Shown here: positions 21,836 to 34,638 of the stretch, one piece after another
How positions within the stretch are numbered: position 1 is the stretch's first letter
Layout of the letters: each line of letters starts with the position of its first letter
Assembly (NCBI GenBank): GCA_965203055.1
Contig: OZ241863.1
Span: forward strand, 3,488,001-3,552,000
Direction: 5' to 3'
Length of the DNA: 64,000 bases
From: Spirochaetia bacterium
Lineage (GTDB): Bacteria; Spirochaetota; Spirochaetia; SZUA-6; Bin103
Program-made: the position numbers and the translations under genes
Notes under the pieces: model-generated
Told to the model about the DNA's origin: nothing
The model's database searches: none
Seen by the model: only the letters and a program-made list of their open reading frames with translations

Positions 21836-22915
21836 TTACCTCATTCGGAGCGCGCCCGCGGCGCGGTTGCGGAGGCGCACCAGGAGCGGGCGCACCTGCC
21901 CGTAGTAGCGGCGGCGCAGCAGTTCGCCCTGGCGCAGGAGGCGATAGGAGAGCGGTTGCAGGGCGTAATCCCAGCACCCGCGGCGGTGTACGATGGCGCC
22001 GCCGAAGCCGGTCTTGAACTGGTACAGACCGAACCAGGGGTGGGAGGGGTCGGCCGCCGGCGGGATGCCGTACAGGTCGTAGGTGCGGCAGCCGCGCTCG
22101 CGCGCCAGCCGCAGCGCGGCCCACTGCAACGCGTAGTTGGCCATCAACTCGCGGCGGCGCGGCGCCGAGGCGCCGTACAGGTAGCGGCCCATGCGGCCGC
22201 AGATACTGACCACGATGCCGCCGAGCAGTTCGTCCCGGTAGCTGGCGGACAGCAGGAACAGCTCCGGCGCCGCGGCGGCCGCGGCCAGCTCGAACAGCGC
22301 GGCGAAGTAGCGCTCGCTGTGCGTGGTAATGCGGTGGCGGGCGGCCGTGGCGCGGTACAGACGGTACCAGTCGGCCAGGGGCCGGCCGCACGCCGCCGCC
22401 GCCGGGAGCACCGCGACGGTCACCCCGCGGCGTTGCGCCAAGCGGATGTTGTAGCGGGTCTTGGGCTTCATCCGCGCCAGCAACCGCGCCTCATCTTCCC
22501 GGAGGTCTACCAGCACGGTGCTCGTCGGCTGCACGTCGACCGGCGCCCGGTACAGGCGGGCGGCGGTGAGCGGAACCGCCGCCGCCGGCCACGGCAGGTC
22601 GTAGCGCACCAGCGCGGGGCGGCGGGCGGCGGCGCCGGCGCGCGGGAGCGCGATGCGCGGCGCCAGCTCGGCCAGCACGCGCGCCGGGTCGCCGGTCGCG
22701 GGCGCCGCCGACGGAGCCCCCGGCACGTACGCCAGGAGGCCGAACGGGGTCGGCCGCGTCAGCGTGAGGAGGGTCCCGCCGCTCCCCGCCGCCTGCCAGG
22801 AAACCGCCTGCGGGTGCCAGCCGAAGCGCTGCTTGAAGCGGCCCCACAGAGCGCTCTGCAGCAACTCGTCGCCGGGCTGCAAGTCATCGAGCGCGATCGG
22901 CAACGCTTGCGCCAT
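21836..22915 (-). CDS. FemAB/FemX-family peptidoglycan bridge aminoacyltransferase
   Basis: LLQSALWGRFK..FGW, MKPKTRYNIRLA, YLYGAS, YDLYGI and GLYQFKTGFGG motifs. Confidence 0.9.
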   Translation of the reverse strand: MAQALPIALDDLQPGDELLQSALWGRFKQRFGWHPQAVSWQAAGSGGTLLTLTRPTPFGLLAYVPGAPSAAPATGDPARVLAELAPRIALPRAGAAARRPALVRYDLPWPAAAVPLTAARLYRAPVDVQPTSTVLVDLREDEARLLARMKPKTRYNIRLAQRRGVTVAVLPAAAACGRPLADWYRLYRATAARHRITTHSERYFAALFELAAAAAAPELFLLSASYRDELLGGIVVSICGRMGRYLYGASAPRRRELMANYALQWAALRLARERGCRTYDLYGIPPAADPSHPWFGLYQFKTGFGGAIVHRRGCWDYALQPLSYRLLRQGELLRRRYYGQVRPLLVRLRNRAAGALRMR

Positions 22916-22996
22916 CGCGGCATGGTACCGTGACCGCGCGCCGCTCAACCATGGCGGGCCGCAGCGCGGACGCAGCGCGGGCGCGGCGCGGGCGCG

Positions 22997-24289
22997 TCAG
23001 CGGCGCAGGGCGGCGATCAGCTTCTCCGCGTCCTCCACCGAGATCTTGTCCTCCCGCAGCAGGTTGAGCACCGTCTTGATCTCCGCGCTGCGGTCTTCTT
23101 CGCGCCCGCCGCGGCCGTGCTCGCCGCGGCCGTGCTCCCCGCGCTGCTCGCGGCGCTGCGCGCCGGGACCGCCGAAGCGGAACGCGCGCCGCATCTCCCG
23201 CGACACCTCCTCGCCGAGACGGCCGAACTTCATGCCGAACTCCTTCATGTCGCGCATGAACCGAGGAAACTCCTCGCCGAAGTCGACGTCGAACCAGACG
23301 CCCTCGTCATGTGGGCCGTGGTGCGAGAACTCGTCCTCATGGTCACGGCTGCGAGTCTCGAAATCAGCGTGCTTCATCACTTCGATCCCCCCTCTCAGGT
23401 TATTGATCAGCAGCAGCAGCTCCGGCGCCCCGGAGCCAAACTGCAGCGTGGTCACCCCGCGCTCGGCGCGGGTGCGGGCAGTGCCCAGATAGTTGCGCAT
23501 CACGCCCAGGGTCCGCGCCTTCACGGTGGCGCTGACCTGTTCCGGCAAGGCGACGGTAATCGGGCCGTTGGCGGAATGGACCGCCAGGCGGGGCGGGCCG
23601 GCGGCGGCATCCGCGGCGGCCTCCGGCGCGCCGGGACCGGCCGGCGAACCGGCGGCGTCCGGCTCGCCTTGGGCCAGGGGCGCGATCTGCAGGGCGATAC
23701 GGCCGTTGGCGCAACGCACCGTACCGCCGCCGATCCGGCCCTGGGCCACGCGTACCCGCCCGTTGGCGGTAGCGATCTGCAGGCGCGGGGTGGCGACCTC
23801 GCTCAGGTTGACCGAACCGTTGGCCGCGGATACGTCCAGGTGCTCGGCAACGCAGTCGCTGAGGTCGATCCCTCCATTGGCGGCGGCCAGGCGCAACGGG
23901 CCGCGATGCCGGCGCACCTCGAGCGCTCCGTTGCGGGTACGCGCGTTGAGCGGACCGGTGAGACCGTGCACCTGCACGGCGCCGTTGCGACTGCGCAGAC
24001 GGAGCCGGGTGGGCGCCGGGATCCGCACCCGCACCTCGACCTTGTCCGGCTCCTCCACCTTGCGCTCCTCCAGGGTGGCTACCGGCGCGCCGCCGTCGTC
24101 CGCCTCCCGCGTGCCCGCCACGAAGCGCTCCCGCAGGCGCTCGTCGAGCTCTTCGCGCCGCTCCCCTTCCTGAAGGACGAAGCGCGCCCGGGCGGTGTCA
24201 TCGCCGCTCGGTTCCACGATCAGCGCGGTGTGGCGCAGGTTGATCTCCAGGCGCGGCGCAGCCGCGGCCAACGGTAGTTCAATAGTCAT
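22997..24289 (-). CDS. DUF4097 (beta-helix 'Toastrack') protein with C-terminal SHOCT-like helix
   Basis: Repeated SRNG/TRNG/AANG/TANG strands; C-terminal VLNLLREDKISVEDAEKLIAAL. Confidence 0.8.
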   Translation of the reverse strand: MTIELPLAAAAPRLEINLRHTALIVEPSGDDTARARFVLQEGERREELDERLRERFVAGTREADDGGAPVATLEERKVEEPDKVEVRVRIPAPTRLRLRSRNGAVQVHGLTGPLNARTRNGALEVRRHRGPLRLAAANGGIDLSDCVAEHLDVSAANGSVNLSEVATPRLQIATANGRVRVAQGRIGGGTVRCANGRIALQIAPLAQGEPDAAGSPAGPGAPEAAADAAAGPPRLAVHSANGPITVALPEQVSATVKARTLGVMRNYLGTARTRAERGVTTLQFGSGAPELLLLINNLRGGIEVMKHADFETRSRDHEDEFSHHGPHDEGVWFDVDFGEEFPRFMRDMKEFGMKFGRLGEEVSREMRRAFRFGGPGAQRREQRGEHGRGEHGRGGREEDRSAEIKTVLNLLREDKISVEDAEKLIAALRR

Positions 24290-24312
24290 AACGCTCCTCC
24301 CTGCCCCGCGCC

Positions 24313-24744
24313 TCACAGTTGGCGCAGGGCGTCGTCCACGGCGATGCGCCCGCGGCGCACCTCGCGCAGCAAGGCCAGGCGCGCGCTGCGGGCCGGCGCC
24401 TCACCGGCGCCCGGCGCGGCCTCTTCCACCGGCGGCGCGGGCGCCGCCGCCTCGGCGCGCAGCCGCGCCTCCGCCAGCCGCGCGTTGACACTGGCCAACC
24501 GCGCCTTCACCGTGGGATAGGAGATCCCCAGGCGCCGTTCCACGCTGCGGAAGTTGCCCTCCGCTTCCAGGAACACGTTGACGAAGTGCAGCAACTCGGC
24601 CGGCAGGGCGCATACCTCACAACGCCGGAACGCACCCCGCAGGATGAGTCCGCAACCGCGGCAGCGGTACTCCCGGACCAGCAGTTCATCCGCGCACAGC
24701 GGGCAGGCACCGAGTCCCTCCCGCACCTCCGGCATCGCCGACAT
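24313..24744 (-). CDS. DUF2089-family zinc-ribbon/HTH protein
   Basis: CPLC...CRGC zinc ribbon; GNFRSVERRLGISYPTVKARL HTH; SHOCT-like tail. Confidence 0.85.
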   Translation of the reverse strand: MSAMPEVREGLGACPLCADELLVREYRCRGCGLILRGAFRRCEVCALPAELLHFVNVFLEAEGNFRSVERRLGISYPTVKARLASVNARLAEARLRAEAAAPAPPVEEAAPGAGEAPARSARLALLREVRRGRIAVDDALRQL

Positions 24745-24772
24745 GACCACAATGTCGCCGCCACCCTTCAGG

Positions 24773-24794
24773 AAATCAATAGCGCTATTGATTT
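24773..24794. promoter_or_regulatory. Perfect 22-bp palindromic operator overlapping the -35 of the DUF2089 promoter
   Basis: AAATCAATAGCGCTATTGATTT is its own reverse complement; minus strand reads TTGATT-N17-GACATT-N6-ATG. Confidence 0.7.
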
Positions 24795-24854
24795 TTTCAA
24801 GGGGGCATCCCGGCACCCGCCGCTCGGTCCGCCGCGTGCGTCCGCTCCCGATCC

Positions 24855-24883
24855 TTGACTAGGCGGCTGCCGCGCGCTACGTT
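24855..24883 (+). promoter_or_regulatory. Putative sigma70 promoter of hflKC-murE
   Basis: TTGACT-N17-TACGTT. Confidence 0.6.
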
Positions 24884-24967
24884 CAAGCCGATTGCGCAGC
24901 CGATGCGCGCGGGGCCGGCGCCGGCTGGTCTCCGGGCTCCCGCGGCGTTGCGCGGTCAGGGGGATTC

Positions 24968-25954
24968 ATGGCAGAACGTGATGTGACGCAAGCGCGGATG
25001 GCGGGCAACTTCAGCCCTCGGGCGGTCGGAGTGGTCATCGGAGTCGTCGTCCTGTTTGCGATCATCGTCTCCAGCGTGTTCGTGGTCGATCAGCGGGAAA
25101 CCGCGGTGGTGCTCCGCTTCGGCCGCTTCCTGCGCGAGGCTAACGAGGGGCTGCACTTCAAGTTGCCGTTCGGGATCGACCGCAACATCAACGTCGAGAC
25201 CGAACAGATCAAGAAGCTGGAGTTCGGCTACCGCACCGAGCGCGCCGGCGTCCAGACCGTGTTCTCGGCCCAGGACTTTCCCGACGAGTCAGTGATGCTG
25301 ACCGGCGATCTCAACATCGTCGACGTCGAGTGGTCGATCCAGTACCGGATCAAAGACGCGCGCGACTACCTGTTCAACGTGCTCGACCAGGAGAAGACGC
25401 TGCGCGACATCTCGCAGTCGGTGATCAACCAGTTGGTGGGGGACCGCGCGATTCTGGACGTGATCGGCACCGAACGGGAGAACATCGAGTTCATCGGCCA
25501 GGAGCGGATGAACGAGATCTTCAACTCCTACGAGCTGGGGATCAACGTCACCGCGCTCAAGCTGCAGAACATCGTGCCCCCCAAGGGGGCGGTGCAGAAC
25601 GCGTTCGAAGACGTCAACAAGGCGATTCAGGACCGCAGCCGCTTCATCGAAGAGGGCAAGGAGGCGTACAATCAGGCGATTCCGCGCGCGCGGGGGCAGG
25701 CGCTGCAGATCATTCAGGAGGCGGAGGGCTACCGCGAGGAGCGCATCAACCGCGCCCACGGCGACACCGCCCGCTTCCGCGCCGTGTACGAGGAGTACCG
25801 GCTCAACCCCGAAGTGACCCGTTCGCGCCTCTACTTCGAAATGTTCGAGGACGTGTTCGTGACCGCGGACGGCACCGACCTGATCGACCGTAACCTGGAC
25901 AACTTCATCCCGTTGAAGAACCTGGTTCCCACGTTCCAAGGAGCGACCCAGTGA
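24968..25954 (+). CDS. hflK: FtsH modulator HflK
   Basis: SPFH domain: VVLRFGR, MLTGDLNIVDVEW, AFEDVNKA, AEGY. Confidence 0.93.
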   Translation: MAERDVTQARMAGNFSPRAVGVVIGVVVLFAIIVSSVFVVDQRETAVVLRFGRFLREANEGLHFKLPFGIDRNINVETEQIKKLEFGYRTERAGVQTVFSAQDFPDESVMLTGDLNIVDVEWSIQYRIKDARDYLFNVLDQEKTLRDISQSVINQLVGDRAILDVIGTERENIEFIGQERMNEIFNSYELGINVTALKLQNIVPPKGAVQNAFEDVNKAIQDRSRFIEEGKEAYNQAIPRARGQALQIIQEAEGYREERINRAHGDTARFRAVYEEYRLNPEVTRSRLYFEMFEDVFVTADGTDLIDRNLDNFIPLKNLVPTFQGATQ

Positions 25955-26949
25955 AGAAAGGCGTTACCGTAGGCGTCGTCGTCATATTCCTGATCATCGT
26001 GTTCCTGATGCTCGGGCCGCTGTGGGTGCTGCAGGAAGGGGAGCAGGCGGTGCTGCTGCAGTTCGGGCGCATCGTGGCGTCGCACCAGGAGGCGGGCTTG
26101 AAGCTGAAGACGCCGGTGATCGACCGCGTGGTCAAGTTCCCCCAGAAGATCCTGTCGTGGGACGGCGCCGCGCAGCGCATCCCCACCGAGGAGAACCAGT
26201 TCATCTGGGTGGACACCACCGCCCGTTGGCAAATCTCCGATCCGGGGAAGTTCTACGAGTCGGTTACCACCATCGATCAGGCCGCCTCGCGCCTCGACGA
26301 CATCATCGATTCCGAGGTGCGCAAGATCATTTCCCGCAATCCGCTCACCGAGGCGGTGCGCAACTCCGACGTGATCAACCAGATCGAGCGGCGCAACGTG
26401 TTCGCCACCGCCGGCGCCGAGAGCGCGATCGACGACAGCGTGATCGTCGATACGTTCACCCAGATCACCTACCCGGCGATCCTCACGGGGCGTACCCAAT
26501 TGTCGGAGCAGGTGCTCACCGAGGGGCGCAAGCTGATCCCGCAGTTCGGCATCGAGCTGATCGACGTGGTGATCCGCCAGATCAAGTACTCGGACGACCT
26601 TACCGAGAGCGTCTACAACCGCATGATCGCCGACCGGCAGCAGATCGCGCAGGCGTTTCGTTCGGACGGCGAAGGCCAGAAGGCGGATTGGCTCGGGCGG
26701 CGCTCGCGCGAGTTGAACGTGGTGCTGTCGGAAGCGCGCCGCCAGGCGGAGGAGATCAAGGGCGACGCCGACGCGCAGGCCGCCAACATCTACGCCGAGG
26801 CGTACACCCGGGACCCGGAGTTCTACGAGTTCTGGAAGGCGGTCGAAGCGTACCGGATGCTGATGCCGAAGTTCCGCAAGACGCTGACCACGGACGCCGA
26901 ATTCTTCAAGTACCTGTACAACCAGGACGGCAGCGGCAGCGGGCCGTAA
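25951..26949 (+). CDS. hflC: FtsH modulator HflC
   Basis: SPFH domain: VYNRMIADR, RSDGEG, YAEAYTRDPEFYEF. Confidence 0.93.
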   Translation: MKKGVTVGVVVIFLIIVFLMLGPLWVLQEGEQAVLLQFGRIVASHQEAGLKLKTPVIDRVVKFPQKILSWDGAAQRIPTEENQFIWVDTTARWQISDPGKFYESVTTIDQAASRLDDIIDSEVRKIISRNPLTEAVRNSDVINQIERRNVFATAGAESAIDDSVIVDTFTQITYPAILTGRTQLSEQVLTEGRKLIPQFGIELIDVVIRQIKYSDDLTESVYNRMIADRQQIAQAFRSDGEGQKADWLGRRSRELNVVLSEARRQAEEIKGDADAQAANIYAEAYTRDPEFYEFWKAVEAYRMLMPKFRKTLTTDAEFFKYLYNQDGSGSGP

Positions 26950-27004
26950 CAGCGGCGGCACCGCGGTCTTACCGGGGGAGCGGCCTTTGCCGGCGGGCCG
27001 GCCG

Positions 27005-28552
27005 ATGAAGCCGCTCTCCCTGGCGCGGCTGGCGGCGGCGCTGGAGCCGGAAGCGGTGCGCGGCGGCAGCGACCGCCGCGTCACGCAGATCTGCTACGAC
27101 AGCCGGCGCGTGCGGCCGGGAGCGTTGTTCGTGGCGCAACCCGGCGCGCACGTGGACGGCCATCGGTTCATCCCCGGTGCCATCGCGGCGGGGAGCGTGG
27201 CCGTGGTCCACAGCCGGCCGCTGGACCACTACGCCGCCGGCGTTACCTATCTGCGCGTAACCGACGCCGCCGCGGCGCTGTCGCGCGCCGCGGCCTGCTT
27301 CTACCGCCATCCGGCGCGCGAGCTGACCGTGGTGGGCGTGACCGGCACCAACGGCAAGAGCACCACGGCATGGTGGATCTACCACCTGTTGCGGGAGCTG
27401 CGGGTGGCGGCCGGCCTGATCTCCACGGTCGGCTGCGATTACGGCGCCGGGCTCGGCACCAATCCCGAACACGTCACCACGCCGCTGGCGGTCGAGACCC
27501 ACGCCGCGCTGCGCGCCATGGCCGATGCCGGGCTCGAGGCAGCGGTGGTGGAGGCTTCCTCGTGGGGCCTCGCCGCCGGCAGCAAGCGGCTGGCGGACGT
27601 CGGCTTCGACGCCGGGGTGATCACCAACTTCAGCCACGATCACCTCGAACTGCACGGCAGCGCCGCCGCCTACCTGGACGCGAAGCTCAATTTGTTCCGC
27701 GCGCTGCGCGGGCGCGGCGCCTTCGCGGTGGCGCCGCCGCAGCTTGCCGCGCAGGTGCGCGCCGCGACCGCCGCGCCGGTGCACCTCTTCGGGCGCGACC
27801 GGGACCCGGGCCGCGGCGGCGCTACGGCCACTGCCATACGCGGCGCCGGCGCCGGCGGCAGCGCGCGCGCCGGCATGCGCTTCGTCCTGCACCTGGACGG
27901 CGCCGCGGCGGACTGCAGCCTGACCGCTCCCGGGGCGTTCAATCTGGACAACTGCCTGGCAGCGGCGGCAGTGGCAGCCCGCCGCTGCGGGCTGCAGGCG
28001 GCCGATCTGGCGGCGCCGATAGCCGCCTTGCGCCTGCCGCCCGGACACATGGAAGAGCTGGACTGCGGCCAGCCGTTCCGGGTGGTGATCGATTACGCGC
28101 ACACGCCCGAGGCATTCCGCGCCGCCCTCTCCTGCCTGGCCGAACAGGCCCGGAGCGGCGGCGGGCGGCTGATCGCGGTGTTCGGCTCCGCCGGGGAACG
28201 GGACGTCGAAAAGCGCCCGCAACAGGGCCGCATCGCCTGCCGGTACGCCGACCTGGTGGTGCTGACCGACGAGGATTGCCGGGGGGAGGAACCGTTGGCG
28301 ATCCTGCGCCAGATAGCCGCCGGCTGCCGCGGCCGCACCCTCGGCACCGACCTGGTGCTGGAGGTGGAGCGGGAGGCGGCTATCGCCTGCGCCGTTGCGG
28401 CCGCGCGCCCGCGCGACGTGGTGGCGCTGCTCGGCAAGGGGCACGAGGCCAGCATCATCGGCCCGCGCGGAGCGCGGGCGTGGAATGAACGCGCCGCCGC
28501 GGAAGCGGCCCTCCGGGCCGCCGGTTACGGTCAGGCGACCGCCGCATGCTGA
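27005..28552 (+). CDS. murE: UDP-MurNAc-dipeptide--diamino acid ligase
   Basis: DSRRV, GVTGTNGKST, TTP, EASS, DHL..H, IDYAHTP, LGKGHE. Confidence 0.92.
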   Translation: MKPLSLARLAAALEPEAVRGGSDRRVTQICYDSRRVRPGALFVAQPGAHVDGHRFIPGAIAAGSVAVVHSRPLDHYAAGVTYLRVTDAAAALSRAAACFYRHPARELTVVGVTGTNGKSTTAWWIYHLLRELRVAAGLISTVGCDYGAGLGTNPEHVTTPLAVETHAALRAMADAGLEAAVVEASSWGLAAGSKRLADVGFDAGVITNFSHDHLELHGSAAAYLDAKLNLFRALRGRGAFAVAPPQLAAQVRAATAAPVHLFGRDRDPGRGGATATAIRGAGAGGSARAGMRFVLHLDGAAADCSLTAPGAFNLDNCLAAAAVAARRCGLQAADLAAPIAALRLPPGHMEELDCGQPFRVVIDYAHTPEAFRAALSCLAEQARSGGGRLIAVFGSAGERDVEKRPQQGRIACRYADLVVLTDEDCRGEEPLAILRQIAAGCRGRTLGTDLVLEVEREAAIACAVAAARPRDVVALLGKGHEASIIGPRGARAWNERAAAEAALRAAGYGQATAAC

Positions 28553-30179
28553 GCCGTTCCACCGGTCTCGGCGTTGCGCTGCTAGGTCTCGGCGGACTGA
28601 TAGGGAGCGTTCCGCTGGCGGCGCAGCCGGGGCCTGCGCCGGCGCGCCCCGGCGGCGACGCGATCGCGGTGCAGGCGGACATTTCCGGCAGCCAACTGGC
28701 CGCCCGCGCCGCCGGGTTACTGGAGGAATGGTACGGCCAGTACGTGACCGCACGGCCGGCGGGCGCCGGCGCGGACGGCGCCGAAGGCGCCGCGTGGCGC
28801 CTGCAGCTCGCCGCGACCGAGGGCGCCCACGGCGTGCGGTTGCGCAGCGAACTGACCTCCCCCGGCGGCGCGGTAGCAACGCGCGACGCCTGGCTGCCGC
28901 CCGGCTCGTCCGGCGCGCTGGCCGCGACCGCCGCCGCGGACGCCTTCTGGCTGTGGGCGCAGGCGCGGCAGTTCCCCTACCTTTCCGAGCTGGCGTCCGC
29001 TCCGGTGCGCAGCGCGACGCTGGCGCCGCACGCTCTGAGCCGGCTCGACCAGCGCCCGGCGGCAGCCGGCCTGCTCGCCGCCGCCGCCTACGCCGGCGGC
29101 ATGCTGGTGCTGTCCCCCGCCGGGCCGCTGGCGCTCGGCCCCCGATTCGAGCTCACGCCGGACACCATGCTGTGGCTTACCTGGCGGGACCCCGGCGGGT
29201 CGGACCGGTGGCACGGCCTCCATCCGCTGGCCGACGGCCGCGTGGTGCTGCAACCGGCCGTGGGGCCGGCGCGGCTGGTCGATCCCTACCACGACCGCAG
29301 CGCGCCGCTCCCAGCGGCGCCGGCGGCGGCGCACCGCAGCGCCGGGGAGCCGCCGCCGGCGCTGCTTACCGTCACCCCGAACGGCACGGCCGTATGGCAC
29401 CGTCCGGGATTGCTCGCCACCCGGCAACCGGCGGGCGGCGCCGGCGCGGCGGCGGCCCTCGAACTGCCGCCGGGCAGCATCGCGCCCGCGGCGGTCACCG
29501 GCGACGCCCAGGGCGCGGTGTGGGCGTTCGACCCCCGCGAGCGGCGAATTCGCGTGTTCGCCCCCGGCGCCGGCAACGGCGCCGGGCTGCGCCAGCTATT
29601 CGCGGTTACCCCGCTGCTGCCGCAAGCGGAGCTGGCCGGCGTCCAGACGCTTGCGGTCACCGGCGCCGGCCACGTGCTGATCGGTTCGCGCCGCGCCATC
29701 TGGAAGCTCGACCGGCGCGGGCTGCCGGTGTGGTCGTTGCGCCTGCTGAACACGAGTCCGCGCCAGCGCCTGCCGCAGGCGTTCGCCGTCGCCGCCCGGG
29801 AAGAGAAAGAGGAGCAGGCGGCGTTCCTGCTCCTCGACCGTACCACCGGCGCGCTGCACCGCTTCATCGAGCGGCCGCAGCCGGAGGCAGCGCCGGCGCC
29901 GGACCAGCCGCCGCTGCTGCTGCGCGCCCCCGGCGCGACGCCGCCGGGCGCGCTGGCCGCGGCCTTGACCGACAACGCGCTGCGCGCCGCGCAGCGCGCC
30001 TGGCAACGGGACCACGCCGGCGCCGCCCACCGGCTGCTCGCCGCGGCGCGCCGCTCCCTGAGCCGCTGGCGCGCCGCCGACCCGCTGGCCCGGGACGCCG
30101 ACCAGCGCGCCGCCGCCATCGAGACCCTCGCGCCCGCCGTCGAGCAGGCGCTCTACGGAGAACCGGGAGAAGCGGGCGA

Positions 30180-30183
<4 letters not shown>
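28546..30183 (+). CDS. Exported hypothetical protein (possible beta-propeller plus helical C-terminus)
   Basis: Signal peptide; NHL-like GDAQGAVWAFDPRERRIRVF; overlaps the murE stop. Confidence 0.6.
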
Positions 30184-32526
<2,343 letters not shown>

Positions 32527-32546
32527 CCGAGCGGCGACGCCGCCGG

Positions 32547-32945
32547 TCAGCGCTTGGAGAACTGAAAGCGCCGGCGCGCCTTCGGCTGACCGTACTTCTT
32601 CCGTTCCACCATCCGCCGGTCGCGGGTCAGCATGCCGTTGGCGCGCAGCGCCCGGCGATTGGTCTCGTCATGCCCCACCAGGGCGCGGGCCAGACCGTGG
32701 CGGCAGGCGCCGGCCTGACCATGCGGACCGCCGCCGTTGACCCGGATCAGCACGTCGTAGGCGGACAGATTGTCGGTCACGTCGAGGGGTTCGATCACCT
32801 CGCGCGCAAGATCTTCGGCCGGGAAGTAGTCACCGAGTTGACGGCCGTTCACCACGACCTTGCCGCTGCCGGCGCGCAGGTACACGCGCGCGACCGCGGT
32901 CTTGCGGCGCCCGGTGCCGGCGCCCACGTTGATCGATGCGGTCAT
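32547..32945 (-). CDS. rpsI: 30S ribosomal protein S9
   Basis: [12 protein letters not shown]...ERKKYG...FQFSKR. Confidence 0.97.
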   Translation of the reverse strand: MTASINVGAGTGRRKTAVARVYLRAGSGKVVVNGRQLGDYFPAEDLAREVIEPLDVTDNLSAYDVLIRVNGGGPHGQAGACRHGLARALVGHDETNRRALRANGMLTRDRRMVERKKYGQPKARRRFQFSKR

Positions 32946-33379
32946 AGGCTGAGTTCCTCCGGCTGCTGCGCGGCGTGCGGGTGGGTCGCGTCCGCATAGA
33001 TCTTGACGTTCCCGAACAGCTTGCGGCCCAGGCGCCCCTTGGGCAGCATCCCGCGCACCGCCTGCTCCATGGGAAAGCTCGGCTTGCGGGCGACCACCTT
33101 CTGGTAGCTCTCGGTCTTGAGCCCGCCCGGATAGCCGGAGTGGCGCACGTACTGCTTCTGCTCGACCTTCCGGCCGGTGAGCAGCGCGCGCCGGGCATTG
33201 ATCACGATCACGTGATCACCCACTTCCTGGTGCGGGGTGTAGTAAGGATGGTGCTTGCCGCGCAGCACCGCGGCGACGCGCGCCGCCACCCGGCCCAGGG
33301 GCCGGCCGCCGGCATCGATGACGTACCACTTGCGCGTCAGGTCGCGCGGGTTGAGAAACTGAGTATCCGATTGATCCAT
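32942..33379 (-). CDS. rplM: 50S ribosomal protein L13
   Basis: WYVIDA...[25 protein letters not shown]. Confidence 0.97.
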   Translation of the reverse strand: MDQSDTQFLNPRDLTRKWYVIDAGGRPLGRVAARVAAVLRGKHHPYYTPHQEVGDHVIVINARRALLTGRKVEQKQYVRHSGYPGGLKTESYQKVVARKPSFPMEQAVRGMLPKGRLGRKLFGNVKIYADATHPHAAQQPEELSL

Positions 33380-33407
33380 GCGGGCCGGGCAAAGGTAGCG
33401 CCGGCCG

Positions 33408-33671
33408 CTACCCGCTGTCAACCGGCGTGGACTCGCCGGTCTGCTCCGCCTCGCGCCGCTCTTCCTCCTCTTCGCGCTTGGCTTCGACCTTGTCCTTGAG
33501 GTCCGCGATGCCGACGAAGAACGAAATCAGGCCGATGAACAGCGCCAGGATCGGGATGCCGCCCTTCAGGAACTCCAGCGCCTCATCCCACCACCCCGGC
33601 GACCAGGGCACCGCCAGCACGGAGTAGACGGCAAACAGGATGAGAACCAGCCCGATCAACAGCGCTACCAC
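33408..33671 (-). CDS. Small two-TM membrane protein
   Basis: Two hydrophobic helices and a charged tail; GGAGGAG RBS; TTGACA-N16-TATCGT upstream. Confidence 0.75.
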   Translation of the reverse strand: MVALLIGLVLILFAVYSVLAVPWSPGWWDEALEFLKGGIPILALFIGLISFFVGIADLKDKVEAKREEEEERREAEQTGESTPVDSG

Positions 33672-33908
33672 AGCTCCTCCACAAACACCCGACTCGACCG
33701 CTCGCCCCTTACGATACCCGCCACGGCGAACCTGTCAACGGGCGGGTTGCGCGGTTGCGCGTTGCGCCCGCCTTGCGCCCGCCGGGGCTGCGGTCCGGCG
33801 CAGGACCGGTCCGGTTGACGCCGGTCCGGCGGGGGCGGCACATTCATACCATACCGGTTGGTGAGTCGGCGCGCCTGAACGCCCGGCGCCGGGCTGAGGA
33901 GAGAGTAG

Positions 33909-34613
33909 ATGGCGAATCGAGATTACAGTCTGAGTCAGATCTTCGCGCTGCGCGAAAACCGGATCCTGCGCAACGTGTACCTGTGGATGACGGGCGGCCT
34001 CGGCCTGACCGCGGTCATCGCCCTGGGAGTGTCCGGCAACGAGGCCCTGGTTCAGGGGCTGCTGCGCACTCCGGTGTTGTTCTACGGTCTGGTCATCGGC
34101 GAAGTGCTGCTGGTGATGTTCATTGCGGCGCGCATCACGCGGCTGAGTCCGACCGCCGCCACCGGCAGCTTCGTCCTGTACGCCGGGTTGAACGGCGTTA
34201 CCCTGTCGGTGCTGTTTCTCCTGTTCACCCAGCAGAGCATCGCGCTGGCCTTCCTGGTCGCCGCCGGCACGTTCGCGGGGACCAGCGCGTACGGCTTCGT
34301 CACCAAACGCGACCTGACCGGCGTCGGCCACTACGCCGGCATGGCGGTATGGGGAATCTTCCTCGCGCTGGTGGTCAACCTGTTTCTGCGCAGCGCGCTG
34401 TTCGACTATCTGGTGTCGCTGGTCGGCGTGGGGGTGTTCGTGGCGCTCACCGCCTACGACACGCAGGTGATCAAGCGCTGGAACGAGGAGGCGGGCGACC
34501 GCATGTCGGAGGACGACTTCGTGCGCTACTCCATTCTGGGCGCCCTCAAGCTGTACCTCGACTTCATCAACATCTTCCTGTTCCTGGTACGCCTGTTCGG
34601 CCAGCGCGACTGA
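33909..34613 (+). CDS. Bax inhibitor-1/YccA family protein
   Basis: VYLWM, TAYDTQ and ALKLYLDFINIF motifs; about 7 TMs. Confidence 0.92.
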   Translation: MANRDYSLSQIFALRENRILRNVYLWMTGGLGLTAVIALGVSGNEALVQGLLRTPVLFYGLVIGEVLLVMFIAARITRLSPTAATGSFVLYAGLNGVTLSVLFLLFTQQSIALAFLVAAGTFAGTSAYGFVTKRDLTGVGHYAGMAVWGIFLALVVNLFLRSALFDYLVSLVGVGVFVALTAYDTQVIKRWNEEAGDRMSEDDFVRYSILGALKLYLDFINIFLFLVRLFGQRD

Positions 34614-34638
34614 CGAACCGCGGCCCGCGCCGGCGGCG

